From Bacillota bacterium (GTDB lineage: Bacteria; Bacillota; Limnochordia; DTU087), in assembly GCA_012798695.1 (NCBI GenBank), contig JAAZMR010000079.1:9733-73732 (forward strand): DNA of 64,000 nt, written 5' to 3'. Under the pieces are notes generated by a model, which worked only from the letters and a program-made list of their open reading frames with translations, made no database searches and had not been told where the DNA came from. Of this stretch, positions 23,003 through 32,971 are shown piece after piece (position 1 is the stretch's first letter; the number at the start of each line of letters is the position of its first letter). A program made the translations under genes and the position numbers.

Positions 23003-24064
23003 GTGTCGAGCGAGATGACGCCCAGGGAGCGATGGTTGGCAGTATTGAGGCGCGAACAGACAGATCGGGTCCCCATGGACTACTGGGCCACGCCGGAAGC
23101 AACAGAGCGGTTGATGGCCCATCTGGGTTGTACTGAAGAGGAAGAGGTGTACCGGCGCCTGCACATCGACAAGGTCGTGACTGTGGGCCCCCGTTACATA
23201 GGCCCTGCCTTACCTAAAAACGAAAACATATTTGGTGTACGTTATCGAGATGTTGATTACGGGACTGGAACTTACCAAGAATGTATCTACCATCCTTTAG
23301 CCAAATATGAGACTGTAGAAGAGATCGTGGCCGAGTACCGCTGGCCCTGCCCGGATTGGTTTGACTATTCCCACATCCCTCAAGAGGTTGAGGGTTTTGC
23401 GGATTATTATCCCATCCGGGGTGGGGGTTCTGAGCCGTTTTTGACCTATTGTCAATTAAGGGGTCAACAGCAAGCCTTGATTGACTTGATTCTATGCCCC
23501 GAGATTGTCCACTATTGCTTGGATAAACTCTTTGAGCTTTGCTATATCGACACTATGCGGATATATGAGCAGATTCCGGGGAAGGTAATGTTGACCTATG
23601 TAGCTGAGGACATGGGGACACAGGAAAATCTGCTCTTTGCACCAAGCCAGATTCGGGAGTTTTTACTGCCCCGTATGCAAAGAATGATTGATTTGGCTCA
23701 CGAGGCCGGTGCCTATGTGTTTCATCACAGTGATGGAGCAATACGGGAAATCATTCCAGATATGATTGGGCTGGGTATTGATATCCTCAATCCGATCCAA
23801 TGGCGCTGTCGGGGGATGGAACGCAAAGCTTTGAAACGGGATTTTGGGCAACACCTGATTTTCCATGGAGGAGTTGACAACCAGCATACTTTGGTGTTCG
23901 GCTCACCAGATGATGTACGTCAAGAGGTGAAAGACAATATTCGGATCTTGGGAGCAGGAGGTGGCTACATACTAGCTCCTTGCCACAATATTCAAGCGGT
24001 TAGCCCTCCGGAGAATATCGTGGCTATGTATGAGGCTGGCTATGAATATGGCCAAAGTGGTTGA
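23003..24064 (+). CDS. uroporphyrinogen-decarboxylase (URO-D) family protein, MtaA-like methyltransferase paralog 1
   Basis: URO-D fold N-terminus (RVPMDYWATPE) and GGGYILAPCHNIQ near the C-terminus. GTG start. Confidence 0.75.
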   Translation: MSSEMTPRERWLAVLRREQTDRVPMDYWATPEATERLMAHLGCTEEEEVYRRLHIDKVVTVGPRYIGPALPKNENIFGVRYRDVDYGTGTYQECIYHPLAKYETVEEIVAEYRWPCPDWFDYSHIPQEVEGFADYYPIRGGGSEPFLTYCQLRGQQQALIDLILCPEIVHYCLDKLFELCYIDTMRIYEQIPGKVMLTYVAEDMGTQENLLFAPSQIREFLLPRMQRMIDLAHEAGAYVFHHSDGAIREIIPDMIGLGIDILNPIQWRCRGMERKALKRDFGQHLIFHGGVDNQHTLVFGSPDDVRQEVKDNIRILGAGGGYILAPCHNIQAVSPPENIVAMYEAGYEYGQSG

Positions 24065-24107
24065 GATTATTCCCAGCTATGGCGATTTCAAGTCTGCCTA
24101 GTGGTGT

Positions 24108-24713
24108 CTAGGGCCTAATCTCTACCAGTGTGCCCAATTCAACTAGTTCATAAAGCTCTTTTATGTCATGATCATGCATACGGATACAACCACCGGAAAT
24201 GTGTTTTCCTATAGAGGAGGGTTCATTGGTGCCGTGAATCCCGTATTTCAGGCCGACGGGTGCCCTGGGATCAGAGCCGGGCTCTCGTTTGTCTGCTTGT
24301 GGGGGAACACCTAGGCCTAGCCATCTGCTGCCTAACTGGGGATTTTGCTCATGTGCTTTCGCTGTGCGAGGACCCTGGAGCTCAGTGTCCAGCACAGCCT
24401 TTTGAGTGATTTCAAATTTGCCTTCGGGTGTAAAGGCAGGGTCCTGGCCAGTCGCTACGCGATAGCGCTTAACCAATTTCCCGTCAGTATAGAAATAGAG
24501 GATATTGGTACTCTTGGCGATGATCACATACTTGCCTTGGGAGGGAGCGGTGGGGTATGAACTTACCTGCAGTTTCCCATTCAGTAATCGCCATTCATAA
24601 ATCTGTTGGCCTCGCTCGTGGGAACCTGATATACCACTGTAAGGCAGATAAGCCAGAGCGAGAATGATGAATAAGAAGAGACTGTGAACAGCCTTTTTAC
24701 CAGGGGGTTTCAA
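24108..24713 (-). CDS. L,D-transpeptidase (YkuD domain)
   Basis: HGTNEPSSIGKHISGGCIRM catalytic motif; signal/TM N-terminus. Confidence 0.8.
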   Translation of the reverse strand: MKPPGKKAVHSLFLFIILALAYLPYSGISGSHERGQQIYEWRLLNGKLQVSSYPTAPSQGKYVIIAKSTNILYFYTDGKLVKRYRVATGQDPAFTPEGKFEITQKAVLDTELQGPRTAKAHEQNPQLGSRWLGLGVPPQADKREPGSDPRAPVGLKYGIHGTNEPSSIGKHISGGCIRMHDHDIKELYELVELGTLVEIRP

Positions 24714-24977
24714 GGATCAATAGGCCCCCTTTCCTCTTAGTCTTTAGTATCCTAGATGTACAATAGTATTACACACTTCTGGGGCGTATTATGAGAGTAT
24801 GAGGATCACACCTCCCCATTGCTGTAGCTACTTGGGCAAGCAGGATTGCATTGCATGCTAGCGAAAGCAGTAGAATGGAAGGATAACCCGGTCAGGTAAC
24901 AAGGTGGTTCGATAAGGTCTTCAGGATTAGACAAATGTACGGTCATCGCAACCCGTGCATTATAGGAGGGTGGAAGG

Positions 24978-26870
24978 ATGGCAGGTGGGAGTGGGAATCA
25001 ACTACAGGCCAAAACGTATGAGATGCTGCCCCTCGGCTCTATAAAACCACTGGGCTGGCTCAAGCAGCAATTACAGATTCAGGCAGACGGGCTATCCGGG
25101 CATATCGATGAGTTTTGGGAGGATCTAGGTCCGGATAATCAATGGTTTGGTGGCGAAAAAGAGGGCTGGGAGAGGGGCCCTTACTATGCTGATGGATTGG
25201 TGCCGCTAGCCTACTTGTTAGATGATGAAAGGCTTAAGGGGAAGGCACAAAAATGGGTGGAAGCCTTTTTGAATGGGCAAGAGGCGAATGGCTGGATCGG
25301 ACCTACCCAGGGTGTTTTGGGGGCTCGGACCTACCCCAGGTACGATCCGTGGCCAGTATTTGTTGTATTCAAGGTCTTGACCCAGTATCATGAAGCTACC
25401 GGTGATCAGCGGGTCATACCGGTGATGGTCAACTTCTGTCGCTATATGGAGAAGTATCTGGATGAACGGCCATTGGAATCATGGGCCAAGTTTCGCTGGG
25501 GCGATTTCATTATCAGTGTGCACTGGCTGTATGAGCGAACCGGTGAGGCTTGGTTGTTGGAATTGGCTGCGAAGGTGAAAGAACAGGGGTATGATTGGCA
25601 GGACCATTTCACCCATTTCCGCTATCGCAGAAAGCAATCAACCATTAACCTGGAAAGTCACGTTGTCAATAATGCTATGGGACTCAAAACTCCGGGAGTA
25701 TGGTATCGACAGTCGGGCACAGCCTCCGATCGGTCGGCAATCTATAGGGGACTGGAGAATCTGGACAAATTCCATGGCCAGGTTACCGGTATCTTTACAG
25801 GTGATGAGCACTTTTCGGGCAAGAACCCCTCCCAAGGGACAGAGCTCTGTGCAGTAGTGGAGTATATGTTCTCATTAGAGCATTTAGTCGCTATCCTCGG
25901 TGATCCGGTGCTTGCCGATCGGTTGGAGAGAATTGCCTTTAATGCTTTGCCCGCTGCCTTTTCTCCGGATATGTGGGCTCACCAGTATGATCAACAGGCT
26001 AATCAGGTTATCTGTAATGTAGCTGAGCGAGATTGGACGAATTCACCGGATGCTAATATATTCGGCCTGGAACCCAATTTTGGCTGCTGTACTGCTAACA
26101 TGCACCAAGGCTGGCCCAAGTTTGTCAATAGTCTTTGGATGAAGACACCGGATAATGGTCTGGCGGCGGTGGCCTATGGGCCATCTCAGGTTACTGCCCG
26201 GGTAAGTGATAGCGGTCAAGAAGTGAGTATTGTTGAGGAAACCAACTATCCCTTTGATGAGACCCTGGTCTTTACTATTCAAAGCGCCCGTGCCGTTACC
26301 TTTCCACTGACCCTCAGGGTGCCGGCTTGGGCTCAGGGTGCGACATTGACCTTGCCTGATGGGGAAACACTTAGTCTGTCGCCCCAATCATTTCATGTGA
26401 TTGATCGGGAGTGGCAGCCCGGTGATCAGCTGGAGCTAATGCTTCCCATGGAGATTGCAACAGAGCGACGCTATCAAGGTTCAGTAGCTGTGTTGCGGGG
26501 ACCTTTGGTATATTGTCTAAAGATTGGTGAGAGCTGGAAACATATCGGTGGGACTCAACCCCATGCTGATTGGGAAGTGTATCCCACCACACCGTGGAAT
26601 TACGGCTTGGTACTAGATGCAGTAAATCCGAGTAGGTCGATCAAAGTCACGAAGAAGCCTGTGGGGCATTTGCCGTTTTCTCCCGGAGGTGCACCCATAG
26701 AGCTAAGGGCTACCGGTCGTTTGGTGCCAGAATGGAGCCTAGAGGGCAATTGGGCAGGTACAATTCCGCAAAGCCCTGCCCGATCGAAGGAAAGAGCAGA
26801 GAAATTGATTCTGATTCCTTATGGTTGTACCAATCTGCGGGTGACCGAATTCCCATTACTGCTGGAGTGA
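24978..26870 (+). CDS. glycoside hydrolase family 127 (beta-L-arabinofuranosidase-like, DUF1680)
   Basis: 630 aa. E-L-C ... (about 77 residues) ... C-C arrangement matching the GH127 Zn/Cys nucleophile site. Confidence 0.7.
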   Translation: MAGGSGNQLQAKTYEMLPLGSIKPLGWLKQQLQIQADGLSGHIDEFWEDLGPDNQWFGGEKEGWERGPYYADGLVPLAYLLDDERLKGKAQKWVEAFLNGQEANGWIGPTQGVLGARTYPRYDPWPVFVVFKVLTQYHEATGDQRVIPVMVNFCRYMEKYLDERPLESWAKFRWGDFIISVHWLYERTGEAWLLELAAKVKEQGYDWQDHFTHFRYRRKQSTINLESHVVNNAMGLKTPGVWYRQSGTASDRSAIYRGLENLDKFHGQVTGIFTGDEHFSGKNPSQGTELCAVVEYMFSLEHLVAILGDPVLADRLERIAFNALPAAFSPDMWAHQYDQQANQVICNVAERDWTNSPDANIFGLEPNFGCCTANMHQGWPKFVNSLWMKTPDNGLAAVAYGPSQVTARVSDSGQEVSIVEETNYPFDETLVFTIQSARAVTFPLTLRVPAWAQGATLTLPDGETLSLSPQSFHVIDREWQPGDQLELMLPMEIATERRYQGSVAVLRGPLVYCLKIGESWKHIGGTQPHADWEVYPTTPWNYGLVLDAVNPSRSIKVTKKPVGHLPFSPGGAPIELRATGRLVPEWSLEGNWAGTIPQSPARSKERAEKLILIPYGCTNLRVTEFPLLLE

Positions 26871-26937
26871 ATCTGTCACGAGCAAGCGCAGCGTGGGTAG
26901 GAAGACCAGACGGGTTGGCGACATAGTATCAGCCCTG

Positions 26938-26980
26938 ACCCGCCGGGTAGGCCTTAAGGGCTTGTCGGCGGGTGTCTTTT
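26938..26980 (+). terminator. hairpin (ACCCGCCG ... CGGCGGGT) plus TCTTTT after GH127
   Basis: 8-bp GC stem with a long loop then a T-run. Overlaps the predicted csoR promoter. Confidence 0.4.
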
Positions 26981-27016
26981 CTAGTAAAATGGATACCGTG
27001 GATGGGTATGGTATAG
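26962..27016 (+). promoter_or_regulatory. candidate promoter TTGTCG-17-TAAAAT with downstream pseudo-palindrome ATACC-N7-GGTAT (possible CsoR operator)
   Basis: Hexamers with a 17-nt spacer. Inverted repeat 26993-27009 placed at the expected +1 region, 60 nt upstream of csoR. Confidence 0.35.
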
Positions 27017-27073
27017 TTGGATCGCTGTGGGGTGGGTGGACAGATTCAACGTATGGAGAGAGGGGTTGCCAAG

Positions 27074-27349
27074 ATGCCGCATTCCAATCCCCGTCGGAAA
27101 AAGAATCTGTTGCTGCGGTTGAGCCGGATTGAAGGCCAGATCCGGGGAATTAGCAGAATGGTCGAAGAAGAACAATACTGTGTGGATATTCTTAATCAGA
27201 TCTCAGCCGTCCGATCGGCCCTCAGTAGTGTGGGACAGATTCTGCTGGAGGGGCATATCCGGGGATGTGTCACAGATGCGATCAAAAGCGATCATGGCGA
27301 TGAGTCGATTGATGAGCTGATGCAGATCATCAAGAAATATACGCTCTAG
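27074..27349 (+). CDS. csoR: CsoR/RcnR-family metal/thiol-sensing repressor, Cys-His-Cys type
   Basis: DUF156 helical-bundle sequence. Cys in QYC and a GHIRGC H-x3-C arrangement typical of Cu-sensing CsoR. Confidence 0.8.
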   Translation: MPHSNPRRKKNLLLRLSRIEGQIRGISRMVEEEQYCVDILNQISAVRSALSSVGQILLEGHIRGCVTDAIKSDHGDESIDELMQIIKKYTL

Positions 27350-27458
27350 ACAGATGATTTCCAGGTAGATCTTGCAGTCCTAGATAGTCAGTACAACACG
27401 ACACTGGCTCTTTGGGGGTTCAAGCAGAACTGGCAAAAGCGCAGGAGGAGGGTAACCT

Positions 27459-27866
27459 ATGCAGGTGAATATATCTTGGACAGATGGGATGGAGTTTGTC
27501 GCAGATGCGGGTGGCCATTCCTGGAACATGGATGCATCGCTAGAGGCCGGCGGCAGCGACCAGGGCCCCCGGCCAACGGAGTTATTGCTTTCAGCTATTG
27601 GAGGCTGCACAGGTATTGATATAGTCAGCATATTGCAGAAGATGCAGCAGCCATTGACCGGTCTGCGAGTAGAGGTGTCGGGTGAAAGAGCTGCAGAGCA
27701 TCCCCGGCGTTTCACGCACATTACACTGCGTTATATTGTTACTGGCAAAGGATTGGCTCGGGATAGGGTGACACGAGCAGTACAGCTCTCGATCGAGAAG
27801 TATTGCTCGGTACTGCATTCGATGAACGCTGAAGTAGATTATAGTTTTGAAATCATTGAAGACTAG
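27459..27866 (+). CDS. OsmC-family protein (peroxiredoxin-like)
   Basis: OsmC fold motif GGCTGIDIVSIL with the paired-Cys arrangement. Confidence 0.8.
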   Translation: MQVNISWTDGMEFVADAGGHSWNMDASLEAGGSDQGPRPTELLLSAIGGCTGIDIVSILQKMQQPLTGLRVEVSGERAAEHPRRFTHITLRYIVTGKGLARDRVTRAVQLSIEKYCSVLHSMNAEVDYSFEIIED

Positions 27867-27872
27867 GCAAGT

Positions 27873-27909
27873 AGGAGACTCGAGCTTCGCTAGAGGCCTC
27901 GAGTCTCCT
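27873..27909. terminator. bidirectional terminator, 12-bp stem AGGAGACTCGAG / CTCGAGTCTCCT
   Basis: Perfect inverted repeat between convergent OsmC (+) and Gfo/Idh/MocA (-) genes. Confidence 0.6.
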
Positions 27910-27928
27910 GTACTATTCCTTAAGAGGG

Positions 27929-28879
27929 CTATAGGGCTACTGGTTGGCCGGTCTCGGCTGATGCTAGGATGGCCAAGCTAAGTGCCAAGGTCTTCTTTGC
28001 CTCCTCCGGATCTAGTGGGTAGGCGGTTCCGGTGCGAACAGCCTCAATGAAAAGGCGATCCTCTTCTCGATACATGTCTAGGTCTTTGGGTTGGTAGACT
28101 TCGGGTTCGGCGCCCTGCCGGTATACCATGATCGCTCCACCCTGGCCAGTACGCAGTACGCCTTTGGTGCCGACGAGACCAGACTCGAGCCAGCTGGTGG
28201 CTGAAGACCAGGAAGCCATGATCTGGCCGATACCACCTTGAGCGAATTCAAGCAGTCCCACCACATTGTCCTTAATGTCTACATCAGGCAGGGCTGTCTT
28301 GGCGAGGCCCTGGACTCTTACCACGTCTCCGACCACGTAACGCAACCAGTCCAAGTTGTGGGTAGTCTGTTCGGTGAGCATGCCTCCACCAATCGCCTGG
28401 CTCTTGAGCCAAGGGGCAGGAGGAATGGGGCTCATGCGGGTAATCCAAGCAAGCGTGATTTCTCCTATTTTACCACTGGTAACGATCTCTTTGCACATTT
28501 GTGCCCATGGCAGGAAGCGGAGACAGTAACCTATACCCAGCAGCCGTTCATTCTCTTGGGCAGTCTCGATCATCTCATCGGCTTCCTCGAGAGATAAAGC
28601 CATTGGTTTTTCACAGAAAACGTGCTTACCGGCTCTTAAAGAAGTAACAGTTATGTCTCTGTGGCTATCTGGGGGAGTACACACCCATACTGCATCCACT
28701 TGCTCGAGGGCATCATGGTAATCGGTGAAAGCTTGACATCCCACCATTTCAGCTAGTTCCTCGGCCCGCTCAGGGATAATGTCCACTGCTGCATGGATCT
28801 TGGCGCCGCCTATCTGCTGGAGCTGTTGGGTGTGACGGTTTCCGATTCCTCCACAGCCAACCATAGCGATTCGCACCAC
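27929..28879 (-). CDS. Gfo/Idh/MocA family NAD(P)-dependent oxidoreductase
   Basis: N-terminal Rossmann MVGCGGIGNRH. GTG start with AAGGAG 8 nt upstream. Confidence 0.85.
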   Translation of the reverse strand: MVRIAMVGCGGIGNRHTQQLQQIGGAKIHAAVDIIPERAEELAEMVGCQAFTDYHDALEQVDAVWVCTPPDSHRDITVTSLRAGKHVFCEKPMALSLEEADEMIETAQENERLLGIGYCLRFLPWAQMCKEIVTSGKIGEITLAWITRMSPIPPAPWLKSQAIGGGMLTEQTTHNLDWLRYVVGDVVRVQGLAKTALPDVDIKDNVVGLLEFAQGGIGQIMASWSSATSWLESGLVGTKGVLRTGQGGAIMVYRQGAEPEVYQPKDLDMYREEDRLFIEAVRTGTAYPLDPEEAKKTLALSLAILASAETGQPVAL

Positions 28880-29028
28880 AATTACCACTCCTTGAATAAA
28901 TGATGTAATCAAATGCCATGGTATGAATTCCTGCTATTGGCGAAGTATCCTGCTCTTGATTAGTCAGGCCTGTACAATAACCCGGTATTCGGGAAAGGGA
29001 TACGGGCAGTATAAGTGGAACCTTCCAT

Positions 29029-30042
29029 TTGGATATTAAGAGAAAGGGAGGAGTTTGTGTGTCGAGATTCCAAGTCGATAACTGTAAGTTTCACGGTCTA
29101 GAGGCCATAAGCTTGAAAGATACCAAGAGCGGTTGGGAGGGAATGGTGGTTACAGAGGTGGGCAGCAACTTGATTAGCCTGACCTCTCCTAACCAAGGAC
29201 TTGATGTGCTGCGGACTCCCGATCACCTTGATGCATTCATGGCAAAGGCAACAGGCTGGGGATTTCCAGTATTGATGCCCCCTAATCGCATAAGTAATGG
29301 CCGATTTACTTTTGACGGGCGGGAGTATGTATTTGAGATCAATGAAGCAGGTAAGAACCATATCCACGGATTGGTGCACAGCCTGCCTTGGCGAGTAATG
29401 GCTACTAATACCGATCACTCAGCATCGGTTACTACTGCTATCCGTTCGGATGATCATCCCAGCATCAAGCGTTCTTATCCTCATTCTTTTGAGTTGAGAA
29501 TGACTTTTTCTCTTCAGGAGGCCAGGATCGATATTACGGTGGAAGCAGAGAATTTCGGTAGTGAAGCTATGCCCTTCGGTATCGGGTTCCATCCGTATTT
29601 TAATGTGCCTTTGTCGCCAGATAGCTCCAAGGGCCAATGTACTGTTAGGATCCCAGCAAGGCAAATGTGGGAGCTGGAGGAGTGCCTGCCCACCGGCCGA
29701 CGTCTGCCGGTTAGTGGCAAGCGAGATTTGAGTCGACCGACTACTCTGACGACAATTATGCTGGATGATGTATATACTGATTTGGCATTCACTGACGGTG
29801 CATCGATAGCAGAATACAAGGATAATGGTGCAGGGCTCACTGTCCGGTATGGTGCTACTCAGGAATTCAAGCATTGGGTAGTGTGGACCGGCAAGAGCCC
29901 ACAAGATCCATTTGTGTGCCTGGAACCTTACACATGGGTAACGAATGCACCGAATTTATCACTACCACCGGAAGAGACTGGCCTCATCGTCCTACAAGGA
30001 GGAGAGACGTTTACCAGCAGAATGTGGTTGGAGATTGACTGA
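29029..30042 (+). CDS. aldose 1-epimerase family protein (galactose-mutarotase-like)
   Basis: Mutarotase-like beta-sandwich length, conserved His/Glu positions. Weak by-eye call. Confidence 0.6.
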   Translation: MDIKRKGGVCVSRFQVDNCKFHGLEAISLKDTKSGWEGMVVTEVGSNLISLTSPNQGLDVLRTPDHLDAFMAKATGWGFPVLMPPNRISNGRFTFDGREYVFEINEAGKNHIHGLVHSLPWRVMATNTDHSASVTTAIRSDDHPSIKRSYPHSFELRMTFSLQEARIDITVEAENFGSEAMPFGIGFHPYFNVPLSPDSSKGQCTVRIPARQMWELEECLPTGRRLPVSGKRDLSRPTTLTTIMLDDVYTDLAFTDGASIAEYKDNGAGLTVRYGATQEFKHWVVWTGKSPQDPFVCLEPYTWVTNAPNLSLPPEETGLIVLQGGETFTSRMWLEID

Positions 30043-30080
30043 CTTGCAGCGGTTCTGACATAAGAAGAAATCGGCGAGTT

Positions 30081-30111
30081 AGGGCTGGAGGAGAGGGCTT
30101 CCCCAGCCCCT
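30081..30111. terminator. bidirectional hairpin GGGCTGG ... CCAGCCC between convergent genes
   Basis: 7-bp GC stem at 30081-30111. Confidence 0.5.
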
Positions 30112-30192
30112 ATCTTGCATGAGAGTAACTGAATAGCACGGTGATCGCCAGAATGATATCATGCCCAGCTTAATTCTGCAGAGGGACTCCAT

Positions 30193-31383
30193 CTAGGGGT
30201 GATCAGGAGTGTCGCTAGACGAAGCCAGATCAGGATGGGCTATACACCCCATGATCAATGGTACGTGGGCAATGTACAGATCGTTGAATAGTACATGGAC
30301 CCAGAAGGAAATCATCATGGCAAAGGCAATACGGCGGTAAGCTGTATTGTCTTGTATGAGAGGTTTGATTATAGAAACGGCCATCCAACCGAAGAAGAGC
30401 GTAAACCCCACTAGCCCCCAACCGGTCAGTACAAAGAAGTAAAGGCTGTGTGGGCTCCTAGCCTTGATGTAGCCATCGGGTCGGTACAGTGCATATGTTC
30501 TGCCATAATGTCCTGGACCGATACCGAATAGGACATGGTCCTTGAACATATTCCAACTAACTTCCCAGATCTGCAGACGTCCAACATTGCTCGAGTTAGT
30601 AGTCACATTCGCGATCGACATTATGCGTCTGGAGAGCCCCGGCCACTGAGATATGCAAATGACGACAATCATGCCGAGAACCACGATCACTTTCCAGTGC
30701 TTCCTGACCATCTGGCTATTCATGGCTATCAAGATGATGATAGCCGCTAATGAGCCAACAATGGACCCTCGGGAGTAAGTAGTAAAAACGCCCAGAAGCG
30801 CACTAAGGCTGGCCGCGAGATATAGCCAGCGATGCTGTGATTTATATAGAAAGAAGCCCAAACCTCCCGCTATTCCTGCCTCCAGCATGGCGGCTAGACC
30901 GTTATCAGCCATACCGAGGACATTGCCCCGACCTCTATGAAACGAGGCCAATATGGGGAATGAACCATGCCAGATGTTCAAACGCAACAAGTGGCTCGCA
31001 AAAACCACTAAGCCTAAGAGCCCACATCCCAGAGTTATGGCTTTGAGGAAGTCACGCGCATTAACAATACCCCAGCGTCCCAAAGCATAGATAAAGATGA
31101 ATACTAATGGGATAGGCATATTGATCAAGGCTTGTCCCTTGTCGGGAGCTAAAGCAGCACTGATCATACCGCTGATCAGTAAACCGATCAGTGCCCCATA
31201 GGTAACCCGGTCAGAACGGATATTTTTGATGACCTCCTTGCACTTAGTGAGTAGGGTGCAATAATAGACTAGCCCCAGTGCGGGGCTGATGGGAACAAGC
31301 AGTCCCCATCGTGTATCTCGGTCACGAATATCCATAGTCAGCATTCCCTTCGGCCATGGTTGAAGTACGAGCAGACGTGTCAA
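30193..31383 (-). CDS. O-antigen ligase / Wzy_C-like polytopic membrane protein
   Basis: At least 10 TM helices with a large periplasmic loop in O-antigen-ligase-like arrangement. Start codon uncertain. Confidence 0.5.
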   Translation of the reverse strand: MTRLLVLQPWPKGMLTMDIRDRDTRWGLLVPISPALGLVYYCTLLTKCKEVIKNIRSDRVTYGALIGLLISGMISAALAPDKGQALINMPIPLVFIFIYALGRWGIVNARDFLKAITLGCGLLGLVVFASHLLRLNIWHGSFPILASFHRGRGNVLGMADNGLAAMLEAGIAGGLGFFLYKSQHRWLYLAASLSALLGVFTTYSRGSIVGSLAAIIILIAMNSQMVRKHWKVIVVLGMIVVICISQWPGLSRRIMSIANVTTNSSNVGRLQIWEVSWNMFKDHVLFGIGPGHYGRTYALYRPDGYIKARSPHSLYFFVLTGWGLVGFTLFFGWMAVSIIKPLIQDNTAYRRIAFAMMISFWVHVLFNDLYIAHVPLIMGCIAHPDLASSSDTPDHP

Positions 31384-31584
31384 CCCTGAAAATATTCTCC
31401 AAAGCCCTTGGTGTCGCCTGCTTCCTAACCGGTATTCACAATGTTCAGGAAGTAATGATCAACACATCCATACACGGGGACTCCATCTTTTCCGGGGTTC
31501 GCAGGGTTTTGCTCTAGCTGGCAAGAATTAAGTTTTTGGATACAAATAGCAGGAACATGCAAAACAACAGAAAGGTGATACGAT

Positions 31585-32166
31585 ATGTCGAATGCTTGGT
31601 CGTCAGCTGCCTGGTCGCACATCACGGGGATAATGAGCAAATTGCCAGCGACCTTACTCACATTGGCTGTGGGAGCCGCAATCGTCAAACTGCTGAAGTT
31701 AATCGTGGGCCGTGCTATGTCAGTTACCCGCATAGATCCCACTTTAGGTACATTGCTGCAATCGGTCGTGGGTTTCGCGGGTTGGGTTTTTGTTTTGGCT
31801 GCTGCCACAGCCTCCTTAGGAATGCAGCAGGTATCTCTGGCCCTGGGAGGCTCTATTGCCCTGGTGGCCATGGCCTTGACTTCGAGTATCAATTCAGTCA
31901 CCCAAGACCTTTTGGCTGGAGTTTTTCTCATAGCTGATCAGGATTTTAAAGTAGGGTATACGGTGCAGACTGGGTCCCTGCAGGGAATAGTAGAATCTGT
32001 CACCATACGCAAGACCAAGATTCGAGATGCGGAGGGTGTGTTGCATACGGTTCCTAACCGATTGATTGACAATGCCACCTACACACTACTAGATGACGGC
32101 ACCGCGTCAAAAGAGGAGTCAGAGGCTGATGGGAAACAGCCTCAAGACTCAGATAAGACGGCCTAG
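31585..32166 (+). CDS. small-conductance mechanosensitive channel (MscS family)
   Basis: TM region followed by the MscS beta-domain motif (GVLHTVPNRLI). Confidence 0.8.
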   Translation: MSNAWSSAAWSHITGIMSKLPATLLTLAVGAAIVKLLKLIVGRAMSVTRIDPTLGTLLQSVVGFAGWVFVLAAATASLGMQQVSLALGGSIALVAMALTSSINSVTQDLLAGVFLIADQDFKVGYTVQTGSLQGIVESVTIRKTKIRDAEGVLHTVPNRLIDNATYTLLDDGTASKEESEADGKQPQDSDKTA

Positions 32167-32221
32167 AGTGAGGGGTGAAGAGACGGCAGTGACCGAGCAG
32201 CGGTCTGTAAAAGCCCGCGAG

Positions 32222-32803
32222 CTAAGGAAGGAGTGCCGGTCCGGCCTGGTTGACGGTGGTGACTGCCGCTAAACGAGTAGACTTTACCTGATTGGGTCCG
32301 CTATACTCCACTCTGTAAAGGGAGACACCGGCACCAGCCAATTCCAGTAGGATCAAGTCATGCTTTCCGTCTGCTTTTTTCTCGCTGATCAGGGCTTTTA
32401 GTTGACCTATTTGCACCCAGCGCGAGTAAACGGGAGTCCTTTCGCCTTTAGAGGATTCTACAAACACCTGCCATGGCTGGCCATCATCCCAGAGATATTC
32501 ATGGGGGTTGTTGGGTGAACGCTGCACTCTGGCTATGATAGTCACTGTGTCTTCGAGCCCATCTCCATCTAGATCGGCTGTCACAGTCTGGCGGTAGTCC
32601 CACCCCGGCTCATCCTCAGCTACCGGGGAATAGGTTTTGTCAACTAGATCTACGGTAGTAGTTTGGTCTGCGGGTGTGCTGAGCTCCGTCTGTGGCGGAC
32701 CGGGTTGTATGGGAGCCTTCGGGGAACTGCCCCATAGCAGGAAACCGAGGACCACGGCCAAGATCCAACCAGATAGTGTCCAAAACCATTGCTGAGGTTT
32801 CAA
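32222..32803 (-). CDS. hypothetical membrane-anchored exported protein with DxDGDG motif
   Basis: N-terminal TM helix, Pro/Thr linker, ADLDGDGLEDTV Ca-binding-like motif. Confidence 0.5.
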   Translation of the reverse strand: MKPQQWFWTLSGWILAVVLGFLLWGSSPKAPIQPGPPQTELSTPADQTTTVDLVDKTYSPVAEDEPGWDYRQTVTADLDGDGLEDTVTIIARVQRSPNNPHEYLWDDGQPWQVFVESSKGERTPVYSRWVQIGQLKALISEKKADGKHDLILLELAGAGVSLYRVEYSGPNQVKSTRLAAVTTVNQAGPALLP

Positions 32804-32971
32804 TAGATCGAGCCTCCTTTTGACATTTCAAGTTGTAATACCCTGGATTATCCGATAGACAGCAAAAATCTTCTAGGATTCGCAAGAGAATCCCTGGTTT
32901 GATCGGGCAAATCTATTTATAGTATCAATAGGAGTCATAGAATAAGCGAAATTCTTTAGGAGGTAGCAGTA

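Noticed and set aside
31425-31937. Two overlapping long ORFs (168 aa on the minus strand, 133 aa on the plus strand in another frame) around the MscS start
   Set aside because: Only the 31585..32166 frame yields a recognisable MscS protein. The others have no family resemblance and overlap the divergent promoter region.
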